A stretch of DNA of 64,000 bases from Bacillota bacterium (lineage in GTDB: Bacteria; Bacillota; Limnochordia; Darwinibacteriales; DTU012): assembly GCA_012840925.1 (NCBI GenBank), contig DUVS01000015.1, positions 119,142-183,141 on the forward strand, written 5' to 3'. Of the stretch, positions 8,224 to 19,266 are shown piece by piece. The position numbers were made by a program, and so were the translations under genes. Positions within the stretch are counted from its first letter, which is position 1; each line of letters begins with the position of its first letter. A model generated the notes under the pieces. The model searched no databases. It had not been told where the DNA came from and saw only the letters and a list, made by a program, of their open reading frames with translations.

Positions 8224-9246
8224 ATGGCAAGTATTGTAGCAAGAGTATATCGAAACCAGATGGTGGAAAGTGTTCATTATGGTGATTGGGTGATCGTCAA
8301 TCAAGAAGGGAAGATCATTGCCAGCCAAGGTGATCCGGGCCTGAAAACTTTTTTCCGTTCCGCTGCCAAACCTATCCAGGCTTTGCCTGTAGTAGAGCAG
8401 GGAGCGGCAGACCATTTTGGTTTCAACGACGAGGAACTGGCGGTTATGTGCGCATCCCATAACGGAGAACCGGAGCATTTGGCAGCGGTTAGTTCAATCC
8501 TGGCCAAAATCGGGCTCGATCAAACAGCCCTTCAGTGTGGAGTTCATCCGCCAAGGCATCCGGGGCAGCTGCATCTGTTAATCCGTACTGGCGCAGAACC
8601 GAGCGAGCTTCATAATAACTGTTCTGGCAAGCATGCCGGGATGTTGGCCTTATGCGTATATCATGGTTGGGACCTTGACGGATACACAGCCCCGGGTCAT
8701 CCGCTGCAGCAAATGGTTTTGTCATACATTAGTGAGTTTTGTGATGCTGCAGAGGATACAATAAATCTGGGAATTGATGGCTGTGGTGTCCCGGTATTTG
8801 GTTTATCCATAACTCAAATGGCTTTGGGATGGGCCCGCCTGGCTGATCCCAGCCGGTTTTCGCCGCAGCGCGTCAAGGCTGTGGAGCGGATCAGGAAAGC
8901 CATGGGCAGCCACCCCCATCTGGTGGCCGGGTCGAACCGGTTATGTACTGACTTATTGAAGGCCTTTCGCAGCCATGGTTTGGTGGCCAAATCAGGAGCT
9001 GAGGCGGTGTACTGTATCGCGATGCCCGACCGGGGCTGGGGGTTGGCCTTGAAGATCGCCGATGGCAGCAGCCGGCCGGTGGCTCCAGTCGTACTTGCCA
9101 TTTTAAACCAACTAGGCTATAGTGGTGACAGAAATATCTTGGATCAGTATCAGCCATCAGTGATCCGCAACCACCATCAACAGCCTGTCGGTGAGATTGT
9201 GCCTGATTTGTCTGAAGCTAAATTTGAAAGGGTAGTTAACCAGTGA
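8224..9246 (+). CDS. asparaginase II family protein (PF06089-like)
   Basis: 340 aa. FRSAAKPIQALP...MCASHNGE...NNCSGKHAGML...GIDGCGVPVF motifs characteristic of the Rhizobium-type L-asparaginase II family. Confidence 0.75.
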   Translation: MASIVARVYRNQMVESVHYGDWVIVNQEGKIIASQGDPGLKTFFRSAAKPIQALPVVEQGAADHFGFNDEELAVMCASHNGEPEHLAAVSSILAKIGLDQTALQCGVHPPRHPGQLHLLIRTGAEPSELHNNCSGKHAGMLALCVYHGWDLDGYTAPGHPLQQMVLSYISEFCDAAEDTINLGIDGCGVPVFGLSITQMALGWARLADPSRFSPQRVKAVERIRKAMGSHPHLVAGSNRLCTDLLKAFRSHGLVAKSGAEAVYCIAMPDRGWGLALKIADGSSRPVAPVVLAILNQLGYSGDRNILDQYQPSVIRNHHQQPVGEIVPDLSEAKFERVVNQ

Positions 9247-9707
9247 AATACATCGCAGAATCACCCCGGGATACGATGGCGCTGGGCATGACCTTGGCCC
9301 AGCTGCTGCAGCCTGGTGATGTGGTCAGTCTCGAAGGGGACTTGGGTGCAGGGAAAACGCAGCTTGCCAAAGGAATTGGTGCCGGTTTAGGCATAGCAGA
9401 AACAGTGATCACCAGCCCTAGCTATACACTGATTAATCAGTACGAAGGCAAATATCCTTTGTACCATTTTGACGTATACCGGATCGAGCCGGTTGATTTA
9501 GAGGATCTTGGCTACGAGGAGTATTTTTTTGGCAAGGGTATTTGCCTGGTGGAGTGGGGTAACCAGATTCGGGAGTATCTGCCCACAGAGTATCTGCAGA
9601 TAATCATTGAGCAGACAGCCATCCAGCAGCGGGAGTTTACCCTCATTGCCCACGGGGAGCGTTATCAACAGCTGTTAGATCAACTAGAAGTGGTGGTTCA
9701 GGCATGA
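9243..9707 (+). CDS. tsaE: tRNA threonylcarbamoyladenosine biosynthesis protein TsaE (YjeE)
   Basis: P-loop GDLGAGKTQLAKGI; about 150 aa; overlaps the neighbouring genes by 4 nt. Confidence 0.85.
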   Translation: MKYIAESPRDTMALGMTLAQLLQPGDVVSLEGDLGAGKTQLAKGIGAGLGIAETVITSPSYTLINQYEGKYPLYHFDVYRIEPVDLEDLGYEEYFFGKGICLVEWGNQIREYLPTEYLQIIIEQTAIQQREFTLIAHGERYQQLLDQLEVVVQA

Positions 9708-10405
9708 TTATTCTGGGAGTCGATACTTCAGCCAATATGGGCGGCGCTGCGATTGTCAGCGGCCAAGGTTTGGTGGCGGAATATCTGCTGCGGATTCATA
9801 ACGGCCATTCGGAACGGATTATACCCGCGGTGGAACGGGTTCTGTCCGATTCCGGCCTGAACTTGGCTGATATGACAGCCTTTGCTGTGGTTACAGGGCC
9901 GGGGTCGTTTACTGGGATTCGCGTAGGCTTGGCAACGGTCAAAGGATTTGCCTACAGTTTGGACAAACCAATCATCCCTGTGACCGCTATGGAGGCTTTA
10001 GCCTGGCAGTTCCGGGGTTATCCCCATCTGATCTATCCGATTATCGATGCCCGGCGCCGCGAGGTTTTCACCCAACCGTTTTTGGGCGGCAAACCGGTCA
10101 AAGCAGCACTCAATTGTAAAATCAGTGATTTGGTGGCTGAGTTAGCTTCATACTCTGAGCCAATTTTGTTTGTCGGTCAAGGTGCACTTGACTATCGGGA
10201 ACATCTGGCCCAGTTGCCGCAGGCTGTTTTCCCCGCCGCTGAGCAGGCTGGATTGCGGCCAAGCAGTGTTGCCGGCCTTGGCCTGCACCTGCTGCAGCAG
10301 GGAATGGAGCAGAATTGGTATCAGGTGCTGCCGTTTTATATGCGCAAAAGCAGCGCAGAGTATCAATTTGACTCAATGGAGAGAAAACATGAATCCAGAG
10401 AATAA
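9704..10405 (+). CDS. tsaB: tRNA t6A biosynthesis protein TsaB (YeaZ)
   Basis: MIILGVDTSANMGGAAIV...GPGSFTGIRVGLATVKG, an inactive Kae1-paralog signature. Confidence 0.85.
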   Translation: MIILGVDTSANMGGAAIVSGQGLVAEYLLRIHNGHSERIIPAVERVLSDSGLNLADMTAFAVVTGPGSFTGIRVGLATVKGFAYSLDKPIIPVTAMEALAWQFRGYPHLIYPIIDARRREVFTQPFLGGKPVKAALNCKISDLVAELASYSEPILFVGQGALDYREHLAQLPQAVFPAAEQAGLRPSSVAGLGLHLLQQGMEQNWYQVLPFYMRKSSAEYQFDSMERKHESRE

Positions 10406-10946
10406 TCGACTGTATGATGGCCGGCCAAGAGCTCAGGGATCGCCTGATGATGGCCAACTCCAAATCCATGTCATGGCTGTAAGCGATATTCCCGGCGTAC
10501 AGGTCATTGAGCGCCATTCGTTTCCCACGCCCTGGTCGATGCGGGCTTTTGTTTCTGAGATTACCGAGAACGACTGCGCCCACTACCTTGTCATGCGCAA
10601 AGGCCAGCTAGTTGTCGGTTATGTGGGAATGTGGCTGATCCTGGACGAAGGTCATATTACAAATATTGCTGTGCATCCCGCCTGGCGCCGTCAAGGGGTT
10701 GGCACCAGACTGTTAAAGGCCATCGCAGCCCATGCCTATCGGCTTGGTGCCAGAAAGATGACCTTGGAAGTGCGCCGTTCCAACTATCAGGCGCAAGCTT
10801 TGTACCACAAGCTTGGCTACAGTACAATCGGTGTCAGGCCAGGATACTACCTTGACAACGGTGAAGATGCACTGATTATGTGGAAGGAATTGAACCGAGA
10901 TGACTACCAAGCCGTTTTTGACATTAGGGATAGAGACGAGCTGTGA
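10389..10946 (+). CDS. rimI: ribosomal-protein-alanine N-acetyltransferase RimI (GNAT)
   Basis: GNAT motif NIAVHPAWRRQGVGTRLL. Canonical tsaE-tsaB-rimI-tsaD gene order. ATG at 10389 follows GGAGAGAAAAC. Confidence 0.85.
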   Translation: MNPENNRLYDGRPRAQGSPDDGQLQIHVMAVSDIPGVQVIERHSFPTPWSMRAFVSEITENDCAHYLVMRKGQLVVGYVGMWLILDEGHITNIAVHPAWRRQGVGTRLLKAIAAHAYRLGARKMTLEVRRSNYQAQALYHKLGYSTIGVRPGYYLDNGEDALIMWKELNRDDYQAVFDIRDRDEL

Positions 10947-11919
10947 TGAGACAGCAGCGGCAGTGATAGCCGACGGAACCAGGATTTTATCCAATGTGAT
11001 TGCCTCACAGGTGGATTTGCACCAGCGCTTTGGCGGCGTGGTTCCGGAGATAGCTGCCCGGAAACATATAGAAGCGGTCTTTCCCGTCATTGACAAGGCT
11101 CTGCTGGACGCAGGCACCACACTACTGGATGTCGATCTGATAGCCGTAACCTATGGGCCGGGGCTGATAGGAGCCCTTTTGGTTGGCTTGCAGGCGGCCA
11201 AATCGCTGGCATTTGCCCTGGACAAGCCCCTGGTCGGGATCAACCATGTTGAGGGCCACATTTATGCCAATGTACTGGCCAATCCGCAGCTGCAGCCTCC
11301 ATTCGTCTGTTTAACAGCCTCAGGAGGCCACACCGATTTACTGTATGTGCCGGAGTTCGGCCGCTACGAGATGTTAGGGCGCACCAGGGATGATGCGGCA
11401 GGAGAAGCCTTTGACAAAATTGCCCGTGTGTTGGGATTGCCTTACCCTGGCGGCCCACAGATCAGCCGCTTGGCGGAAAACGGGGATCGTGAGGCGATCA
11501 GTTTTCCCCGGGGATTGGGTGGGGAAGACACCTTTGATTTTAGTTTCAGCGGGCTTAAGACCGCCGCCCTGAACTACATCAATCATGCCCGCCAAACCGG
11601 TGTTGAGATCAATCTTCCGGACTTTGCCGCCAGTTTCCAGTGGGCGATAGTCGACGTCTTGGCAGCGAAAGTGATCCGTGCCGCTCAGTTCAAATCGGTG
11701 AAGCAAGTGATTTTGTCAGGGGGAGTGGCGGCCAATAAAAGCCTGCGCCATGCGGTGGCGCTGTTGGCCAAGCCCTTGGGGATCAAGGTTTTGTTCCCCC
11801 CGCTGGAGCTGTGTACCGATAATGCGGCAATGATCGGCAGTGCCGGGCATTTCAAATACCTGGCCGGTCATTCCCACAGCTGGGATCTGAATGCCGTCCC
11901 CAACCTGCGGTTGATTTAG
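10900..11919 (+). CDS. tsaD: tRNA N6-adenosine threonylcarbamoyltransferase TsaD (Kae1/YgjD)
   Basis: LTLGIETSCDETAAAV...GINHVEGHIY...TASGGHTDLL...LSGGVAAN motifs. Confidence 0.9.
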   Translation: MTTKPFLTLGIETSCDETAAAVIADGTRILSNVIASQVDLHQRFGGVVPEIAARKHIEAVFPVIDKALLDAGTTLLDVDLIAVTYGPGLIGALLVGLQAAKSLAFALDKPLVGINHVEGHIYANVLANPQLQPPFVCLTASGGHTDLLYVPEFGRYEMLGRTRDDAAGEAFDKIARVLGLPYPGGPQISRLAENGDREAISFPRGLGGEDTFDFSFSGLKTAALNYINHARQTGVEINLPDFAASFQWAIVDVLAAKVIRAAQFKSVKQVILSGGVAANKSLRHAVALLAKPLGIKVLFPPLELCTDNAAMIGSAGHFKYLAGHSHSWDLNAVPNLRLI

Positions 11920-12047
11920 GGCATCGATCGGCTTTCAGCTGAAAATGGTGATAGCAGTAAGCGGGAATACGAACGAGGAAAATGGAGATAATTTGACTAG
12001 GGTGGCAATAAATGACGCTAACGTTATTTTCTGGACTAAGAACATAT

Positions 12048-12076
12048 TTGCATTTGAAAAGGCTGTTATATATCAT
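12048..12076 (+). promoter_or_regulatory. sigma-A promoter of groESL
   Basis: TTGCAT (12048-12053), 17-nt spacer, TATCAT (12071-12076), immediately upstream of CIRCE. Confidence 0.6.
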
Positions 12077-12085
12077 AGGAATAGG

Positions 12086-12112
12086 TTAGCACTCACCCCT
12101 ATCGAGTGCTAA
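12086..12112 (+). promoter_or_regulatory. CIRCE element (HrcA operator)
   Basis: Perfect TTAGCACTC-N9-GAGTGCTAA inverted repeat. Confidence 0.9.
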
Positions 12113-12155
12113 TAACCGTTAAAGAGCATGATATCACAAAAGGAGGTACTCACAA

Positions 12156-12443
12156 ATGAATCTCAAACCATTAGGTGACCGAGTAATACTTAAAGTATTA
12201 GAGGCAGAAGAGAAAACAGCCAGCGGAATTTTTCTTCCGGACAACGCTAAGGAGAAGCCGCAGCAAGGGCGGGTTTTGGCAGTTGGCCCTGGCAAATACA
12301 ATGACAAGGGTGAACTGATTAAATTACAGGTCAAGGAAGGCGACGTGGTCATTTTTGCCAAGTACGCTGGGACTGAAGTGAAGTACCAGGGCGAAGAGTA
12401 TCTGATTGTGAAAGAATCTGACTTACTGGCAGTAGTAGACTAA
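12156..12443 (+). CDS. groES: co-chaperonin GroES
   Basis: [13 protein letters not shown]...[23 protein letters not shown]; 95 aa; RBS AAAGGAGG. Confidence 0.95.
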   Translation: MNLKPLGDRVILKVLEAEEKTASGIFLPDNAKEKPQQGRVLAVGPGKYNDKGELIKLQVKEGDVVIFAKYAGTEVKYQGEEYLIVKESDLLAVVD

Positions 12444-12461
12444 TTAAGTAAAGGAAGGTGA

Positions 12462-14087
<1,626 letters not shown>

Positions 14088-14116
14088 AGCGGCTGACAGC
14101 ATATGGCAGTCGAATA

Positions 14117-14152
14117 AAGGGAATCCTGTCAGAGGCAGGATTCCCTTTTATG
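14117..14152 (+). terminator. groESL terminator
   Basis: AAGGGAATCCTG-tcagagg-CAGGATTCCCTT followed by TTATG. Confidence 0.8.
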
Positions 14153-14236
14153 ATTATGGAGCCATTTAAAGGAAATCATCTTTAAGCAGCGAACTATAGT
14201 TAGTTATAAAAAGAAATGGAAATGGAGTGCTCGTGG

Positions 14237-14791
14237 ATGGAGAAGGATTCGATTCAGGCGGTTTTATTGACAGAATCACAGATTGCCGAACGGGTAGAGC
14301 AGCTGGGTAAACAGATCTCCCAAGACTATCAAGGCAATGATCTGGTCCTGGTAGGCATCTTAAAGGGAGCAATCTGCTTCTTCTCTGATTTGATCCGGCA
14401 GGTAGAGATCCCGGTCAATATTGATTTCATGGCTGTATCCAGTTATGGTAGCGCATCGCAGACATCCGGTGTAGTAAAGATCCTGAAAGATCTGGACATG
14501 CCCATCGAAGGACGCCACGTGCTGATCGTAGAAGATATTGTGGACACCGGGCTAACCTTGAATTACTTGAAAACTAATCTGCTGTCCCGGAATCCCGCCA
14601 GTCTCAAGGTGGTTGCGCTGCTGGACAAGCCGGATCGCAGACAGATCGATATCCAAGCAGATTATCTAGGCTTTTCGATTCCGGATCATTTCGTGGTAGG
14701 ATACGGTATTGACTATGCTGAGCAGTACCGGTCCCTGCCTTATGTGGCAATTTTAGACCCGGCAGCGTATCAAAGCCAGGCCAAGGAGTGA
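14237..14791 (+). CDS. hpt: hypoxanthine phosphoribosyltransferase
   Basis: VLVGILKGAICFFSDLIRQV...PRPP-binding VLIVEDIVDTGLTL...LLDKPDRR. ATG at 14237 is preferred by homology; in-frame ATGs at 14216 and 14222 are alternatives. Confidence 0.9.
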   Translation: MEKDSIQAVLLTESQIAERVEQLGKQISQDYQGNDLVLVGILKGAICFFSDLIRQVEIPVNIDFMAVSSYGSASQTSGVVKILKDLDMPIEGRHVLIVEDIVDTGLTLNYLKTNLLSRNPASLKVVALLDKPDRRQIDIQADYLGFSIPDHFVVGYGIDYAEQYRSLPYVAILDPAAYQSQAKE

Positions 14792-14797
14792 ATTAGC

Positions 14798-16060
14798 TTG
14801 ATGGAGACCGTTGTAATCATTGATCTCGGATCATATGCCAGCCAAGAGATAGCAAGATTGGTGCGATCCTGCCGTGTCTACAGCGAGATCGTCCCGGGAA
14901 GTGCTTCTGCTGCAGAAATCAAAAAGAAAAACCCAATTGGGATCATCGTTGTCAACCCAGCTCCTGTCGAGGATCTGCAGGCACTGCATTTGGATGCGGA
15001 AATCTTGGATCTCGGGTTTCCCATCCATATTCAATTCGCACAAAAACTCGACACCGAGAAAGCTCTGCAAGAAATTCAGGGCTTTCTGACGGAAAGGTGC
15101 CGCGCCAGCCAAGACTGGACCATGGAGCAGTTTGTAGATAACATGATCACAGCGATTCGCAGGCAGGTGGGGGATAAGAAACTTGTCTGCGGATTAAGCG
15201 GCGGAGTCGATTCTTCTGTGGCTGCTGTATTGGTGCATAAGGCTGTGGGTGATCAGCTGACCTGCATATTCGTCGATCATGGCTTTATGCGCAAGAATGA
15301 GGCTGAGGAAGTGGTCAAGACCTTCAGTGAGTTTGAATTGAACTTGATTGCCGTTGATGCCAGAGACAGATTTATGAGCAAAGTGGCGGGAGTCACTGAT
15401 CCTGAACAGAAGCGGAAGTTGATCGGCACTGAGTTTATTCGAGTCTTTGAAGAAGAAGCATGTAAACTTGGCGCCGTGGATTTTCTGGTGCAGGGAACTG
15501 TGTATCCAGATGTGATCGAAAGCGGGCTGGGGCAGCATGCGGTGATTAAGTCCCATCATAATGTCGGCGGCCTGCCGGAGAATCTCCAATTTGAGCTGGT
15601 TGAACCTTTGCGGCAGCTGTTCAAGGACGAGGTGAGGCAGGTTGCCCAGATTTTGGGCCTGCCTGACACGATTGTTCAGCGGCATCCGTTTCCGGGGCCA
15701 GGGTTGGCTATCCGGATCATCGGCGAGATCACAGCAGCAAAGTTGGAGATCCTGCGGGAAGCCGATGCCATCTTTATTGAAGAGTTGCGAAAATCGGGCT
15801 GGTACAACAAGGTATGGCAGGCTTTTGCCGTACTGACCGATATCAGAACTGTCGGAGTGAGCAACAGTGACCGTACTTATGATTACGCAGTCGCCTTGAG
15901 GGCAGTCCACAGCACAGACGGGATGACTGCCCGGTGGATTCAGTTTCCCTATGATCTGCTGGAACAAGTCAGCAGCAGGATTCTCTCGGAAGTTGAGGGA
16001 ATCAACCGGGTAGTCTATGATATCAGTGCCAAACCTCCGGCAACTATCGAATGGGAATAG
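14798..16060 (+). CDS. guaA: GMP synthase-like protein: intact ATP-pyrophosphatase and dimerisation domains with a truncated, catalytically dead glutamine amidotransferase remnant
   Basis: C-terminal 300 aa are collinear with GuaA (SGGVDSSV P-loop, [10 protein letters not shown], ending KPPATIEWE). N-terminal about 95 aa align with the start of a class I GATase ([27 protein letters not shown]). The GxCxG nucleophile region is absent and the H-P-E triad position reads AQK. Confidence 0.8.
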   Translation: MMETVVIIDLGSYASQEIARLVRSCRVYSEIVPGSASAAEIKKKNPIGIIVVNPAPVEDLQALHLDAEILDLGFPIHIQFAQKLDTEKALQEIQGFLTERCRASQDWTMEQFVDNMITAIRRQVGDKKLVCGLSGGVDSSVAAVLVHKAVGDQLTCIFVDHGFMRKNEAEEVVKTFSEFELNLIAVDARDRFMSKVAGVTDPEQKRKLIGTEFIRVFEEEACKLGAVDFLVQGTVYPDVIESGLGQHAVIKSHHNVGGLPENLQFELVEPLRQLFKDEVRQVAQILGLPDTIVQRHPFPGPGLAIRIIGEITAAKLEILREADAIFIEELRKSGWYNKVWQAFAVLTDIRTVGVSNSDRTYDYAVALRAVHSTDGMTARWIQFPYDLLEQVSSRILSEVEGINRVVYDISAKPPATIEWE

Positions 16061-16070
16061 GTGAGTGGGC

Positions 16071-17276
16071 ATGAACTTGCGGACACCACGGGGTGTTAAA
16101 GATTTTCTACCGCCTGAAGCTGAATGGAAACTGGAGTTGGAACGGAAAATCCGTAGTGTGTTTCACAGTTGGGGATATCAGGAAGTGATTTCCCCTACTT
16201 TTGAATTCAACGGCCTTTTTACCCAGGATAGCGGCGAAGAGCGCCAAACATACCGCTTTTTTGATCAGAATGGGGATCTGCTGATTTTGCGCCCGGATTT
16301 AACCACCCCGATTGCCCGGATCGTGGCTACCAGGCTCAAAGATGAAGTGAAGCCGCTTCGGCTCTCCTACATAGCCAATGTTTTTCGCTATGATGAGGTC
16401 CAGGTTGGGTTTCAGCGGGAATTTTACCAGGCAGGCGTTGAGCTTTTGGGCAGTAGTTCAGCGGCAGCGGATGCTGAAGCTGCTGCTTTAGCTGTAACCA
16501 TCTTCAATGATGTTGGGGTGGGAGGTTTTAAGCTGGACCTTGGCCACACCGGTTACATTCAAGGAATTCTAGCCGAATGCCAGTCCCCAAATACCAGACA
16601 GAAAATTTGGCAGCTGCTGTTGAAAAAGGATCTTGTGGGCCTTAGGAATCTGGTGATAACCAGTGATCTGCCTGATTCAATTAAAGGCCTGCTGTTGAAG
16701 CTGCCGCATTTCCGGGGCCGGGAAAATCTGCTGGAGCAGGCTTATGCCAGCGCACCCAATCAGCTTGCCCGGGAGGCTGTTGCTAATCTCAGGCAGATAT
16801 ACCAATTTCTCAACGCTTATGGCCTCGGCCCACAGATTGAGATAGACTTGAGCATTGTCAAATCATTGGGATACTACACCGGGATGGTCCTGGAGGGGTA
16901 TGTGCCGCAGGTAGGCTTTACTCTCTGCAGCGGCGGCCGTTATGATCAGCTGGGTCAGCGTTTTGACAGCCATCTGCCGGCTGTTGGTTTTGCTCTTGGG
17001 TTGGAACGGCTGATGCTGGTCCTGGAACTGCAGGGATTGCGGCCAGAAGCGGAGCCTAATGGCGTTTTTGTACTGCCTCATTCCTGGCCGCACGCTCTGG
17101 ATTACGCCGCCCGTAAGCGGGAAGAGGGAATCAGGGTTGAAGTGGACACGGAAGGGCGGACAGAAGCTGAGGCAGTCTCCTATGCCCGGCTGCGCAGATT
17201 TTCCCGAGTGGTGGCTGTGGATGCGGCAGCAGCCAGGCATGTGCCCCTTGCGGAGAAGGAGGATCAATCATGCTGA
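16071..17276 (+). CDS. hisZ: ATP phosphoribosyltransferase regulatory subunit HisZ (HisRS paralog)
   Basis: HisRS class II-like motifs (RGVKDFLP, FRYDE..Q.GRQREFYQAGVE, LCSGGRYD). Lies immediately upstream of a short-form hisG. ATG at 16071 is 7 nt after AGGTGAG. Confidence 0.85.
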   Translation: MNLRTPRGVKDFLPPEAEWKLELERKIRSVFHSWGYQEVISPTFEFNGLFTQDSGEERQTYRFFDQNGDLLILRPDLTTPIARIVATRLKDEVKPLRLSYIANVFRYDEVQVGFQREFYQAGVELLGSSSAAADAEAAALAVTIFNDVGVGGFKLDLGHTGYIQGILAECQSPNTRQKIWQLLLKKDLVGLRNLVITSDLPDSIKGLLLKLPHFRGRENLLEQAYASAPNQLAREAVANLRQIYQFLNAYGLGPQIEIDLSIVKSLGYYTGMVLEGYVPQVGFTLCSGGRYDQLGQRFDSHLPAVGFALGLERLMLVLELQGLRPEAEPNGVFVLPHSWPHALDYAARKREEGIRVEVDTEGRTEAEAVSYARLRRFSRVVAVDAAAARHVPLAEKEDQSC

Positions 17277-17899
17277 GAATCGCCGTTGCCAAGGGAAGGC
17301 TATTGGATTCATTTTTTGAGCTGCTTGGCAAAGCAGGCTATGATTGTGATAGTGCAGCCCAGGCATCCCGCAAGTTGGTTATTGATGTCGAAGCAGCAGA
17401 TCTGCGTTTTATCCTGGCCAAGCCGGCGGATGTTCCCACTTACGTCGAGTACGGGGCTGCCGATCTGGGAGTTGTAGGCAAGGACATTCTTGTTGAAAGT
17501 GACAAGCACGTGGCCGAACTGCTCGATTTGAAATATGGCTTGTGCCGGCTGGTGGTGGCTGTAACAAAAGATTCAGGGATCACCAAAGTGCAGGAATTGG
17601 ACTTTAACAGCCGGGTCACCAGCAAGTATCCCCGCATTGCCGAAGAGTTTTTCAACAGTCTCGGGATTCAGGTGGAGATCATAGCGCTTAACGGTTCGAT
17701 CGAATTGGGCCCAATGGTGGGTTTGAGCGAGGCCATTGTGGATATTACCGAGACAGGACGCACTTTAGCTGAGAACGGGCTGGTGGTCATCGAAACGATC
17801 ATGGAAAGTACAGCGCGGCTGGTGGCAAATCGAATCAGCCTCAAGACGCAGCGGGAAGCTATTGCCGCACTGGCCGGTGCACTGGAAGGAGTAGTATGA
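17270..17899 (+). CDS. hisG: ATP phosphoribosyltransferase, short form HisG
   Basis: MLRIAVAKGRL...; 209 aa. The short form requires HisZ. Confidence 0.9.
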   Translation: MLRIAVAKGRLLDSFFELLGKAGYDCDSAAQASRKLVIDVEAADLRFILAKPADVPTYVEYGAADLGVVGKDILVESDKHVAELLDLKYGLCRLVVAVTKDSGITKVQELDFNSRVTSKYPRIAEEFFNSLGIQVEIIALNGSIELGPMVGLSEAIVDITETGRTLAENGLVVIETIMESTARLVANRISLKTQREAIAALAGALEGVV

Positions 17900-19266
17900 T
17901 GCGGATTGTCAATGTCAAGGATTACAAATCCCTCGAGGAAGTCAGGAAATTGGTGACCAGGCCGCATTTGGATCAAGTTGAGGTCAGTGAAGCTGCAATG
18001 GAGCGGACCAAACAAATCTTTGGCAGGCCTTTGTCCCCGCAGGAGGCAGTGGCAAAAATCCTGGCTGATATCGAACAGGAAGGCGATCAAGCCCTTTTGC
18101 GCTATATCGCCACGATTGACGGGCAAGAATTGGATGCCGATGGGCTGTTTGTCAGCACTGCTGAATTTGCACAGGCTGAGACCCTGGTAAGCCCAGAGTT
18201 CAAAACCGCATTAGCCGCAGCCATTGACAATGTGCACCGCTATCATCAGAAGCAGGTGGAGCAGAGCTGGTTTGCCCCGGAGTCTGATGGCATCATTCTT
18301 GGCCAGAAGATCACTCCGTTGGAGCGGGTGGGCATTTACGTACCCGGTGGCAATGCGCCTTTGATTTCCACAGTTGTGATGAGTGCCATTCCAGCCCAGG
18401 TAGCGGGAGTAGAGGAGATCATTATGGCCACCCCCCTGAGGGACGGTGTTGTGGATCCCCACCTTCTGGTTGCGGCCAAGCACTGTGGGGTCAGGGCGGT
18501 GCTGAAAGCCGGAGGGGCTCAAGCAATTGCTGCCCTGTCCTATGGGACCGAAACTGTACCTCGTGTCGATAAAGTCGTGGGGCCGGGAAATTTATATGTC
18601 AGCCTGGCCAAGAAGATGGTTTACGGGCGGGTGGGCATTGAAGCGATTGCCGGGCCCAGCGAGATTTTGATTATTGCCGATGATTCGGCTTCCCCTGATT
18701 ATGTGGCAGCCGATTTACTGTCCCAGGCGGAGCACGACTGGGAAGCTTCGGCTGCTTTGATCACACCTAGTTACCAATTGGCACAGCAGGTGGAACTGGA
18801 ATTGACCAGGCAGCTGCAAGACTTGAGTACAGCCGGCATCGCTGCGACAGCCCTTGAGCGCTGGGGGCTGATTGTAATCACAAAGGATATGGATCAGGCT
18901 GTGGAGCTTGCCAATATCTTTGCCCCGGAGCATTTGGAACTGCTTGTGGAAGCTCCCTGGGATTATCTCGGGAAAATCAAGCATGCGGGAGCGATCTTCC
19001 TGGGCAAGTATGCCACCGAACCGATAGGGGATTATATCGCCGGACCGAACCATATCCTGCCTACCAACGGGACGGCCCGGTTCTCGTCGCCCCTGACAAC
19101 CCATGACTTTGTCAAAAGGTCGAGCGTGATCTACTATACCGAAACCGGATTGGAAAAATATGGCAAGCTGGCAGTTGAGATTGCCAACCGGGAAGGTTTG
19201 GCAGCCCATGCCAGGGCAATTCAGATCCGGCTTGAGGATCTTCAAGAAGGTGAGCAGAATGGATAA
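17896..19266 (+). CDS. hisD: histidinol dehydrogenase
   Basis: ATGA overlap with the hisG stop (coupled) and RBS AAGGAG. Motifs GPGNLYV, SQAEHD, GDYIAGPNHILPT. Confidence 0.9.
   Translation: MMRIVNVKDYKSLEEVRKLVTRPHLDQVEVSEAAMERTKQIFGRPLSPQEAVAKILADIEQEGDQALLRYIATIDGQELDADGLFVSTAEFAQAETLVSPEFKTALAAAIDNVHRYHQKQVEQSWFAPESDGIILGQKITPLERVGIYVPGGNAPLISTVVMSAIPAQVAGVEEIIMATPLRDGVVDPHLLVAAKHCGVRAVLKAGGAQAIAALSYGTETVPRVDKVVGPGNLYVSLAKKMVYGRVGIEAIAGPSEILIIADDSASPDYVAADLLSQAEHDWEASAALITPSYQLAQQVELELTRQLQDLSTAGIAATALERWGLIVITKDMDQAVELANIFAPEHLELLVEAPWDYLGKIKHAGAIFLGKYATEPIGDYIAGPNHILPTNGTARFSSPLTTHDFVKRSSVIYYTETGLEKYGKLAVEIANREGLAAHARAIQIRLEDLQEGEQNG

Noticed and set aside
11929-11946. TTTCAGCTGAAA palindrome downstream of tsaD.
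   Set aside because: It is a short palindrome with no U-tract, and is probably incidental.
16065-16070. Earlier GTG start for hisZ (MGMNL...).
   Set aside because: The RBS AGGTGAG is positioned for the ATG at 16071, and the extra residues are not conserved.
15194-16072. 292-aa minus-strand ORF.
   Set aside because: It lies wholly antisense to the well-supported guaA-like gene and is a typical GC-rich shadow ORF.
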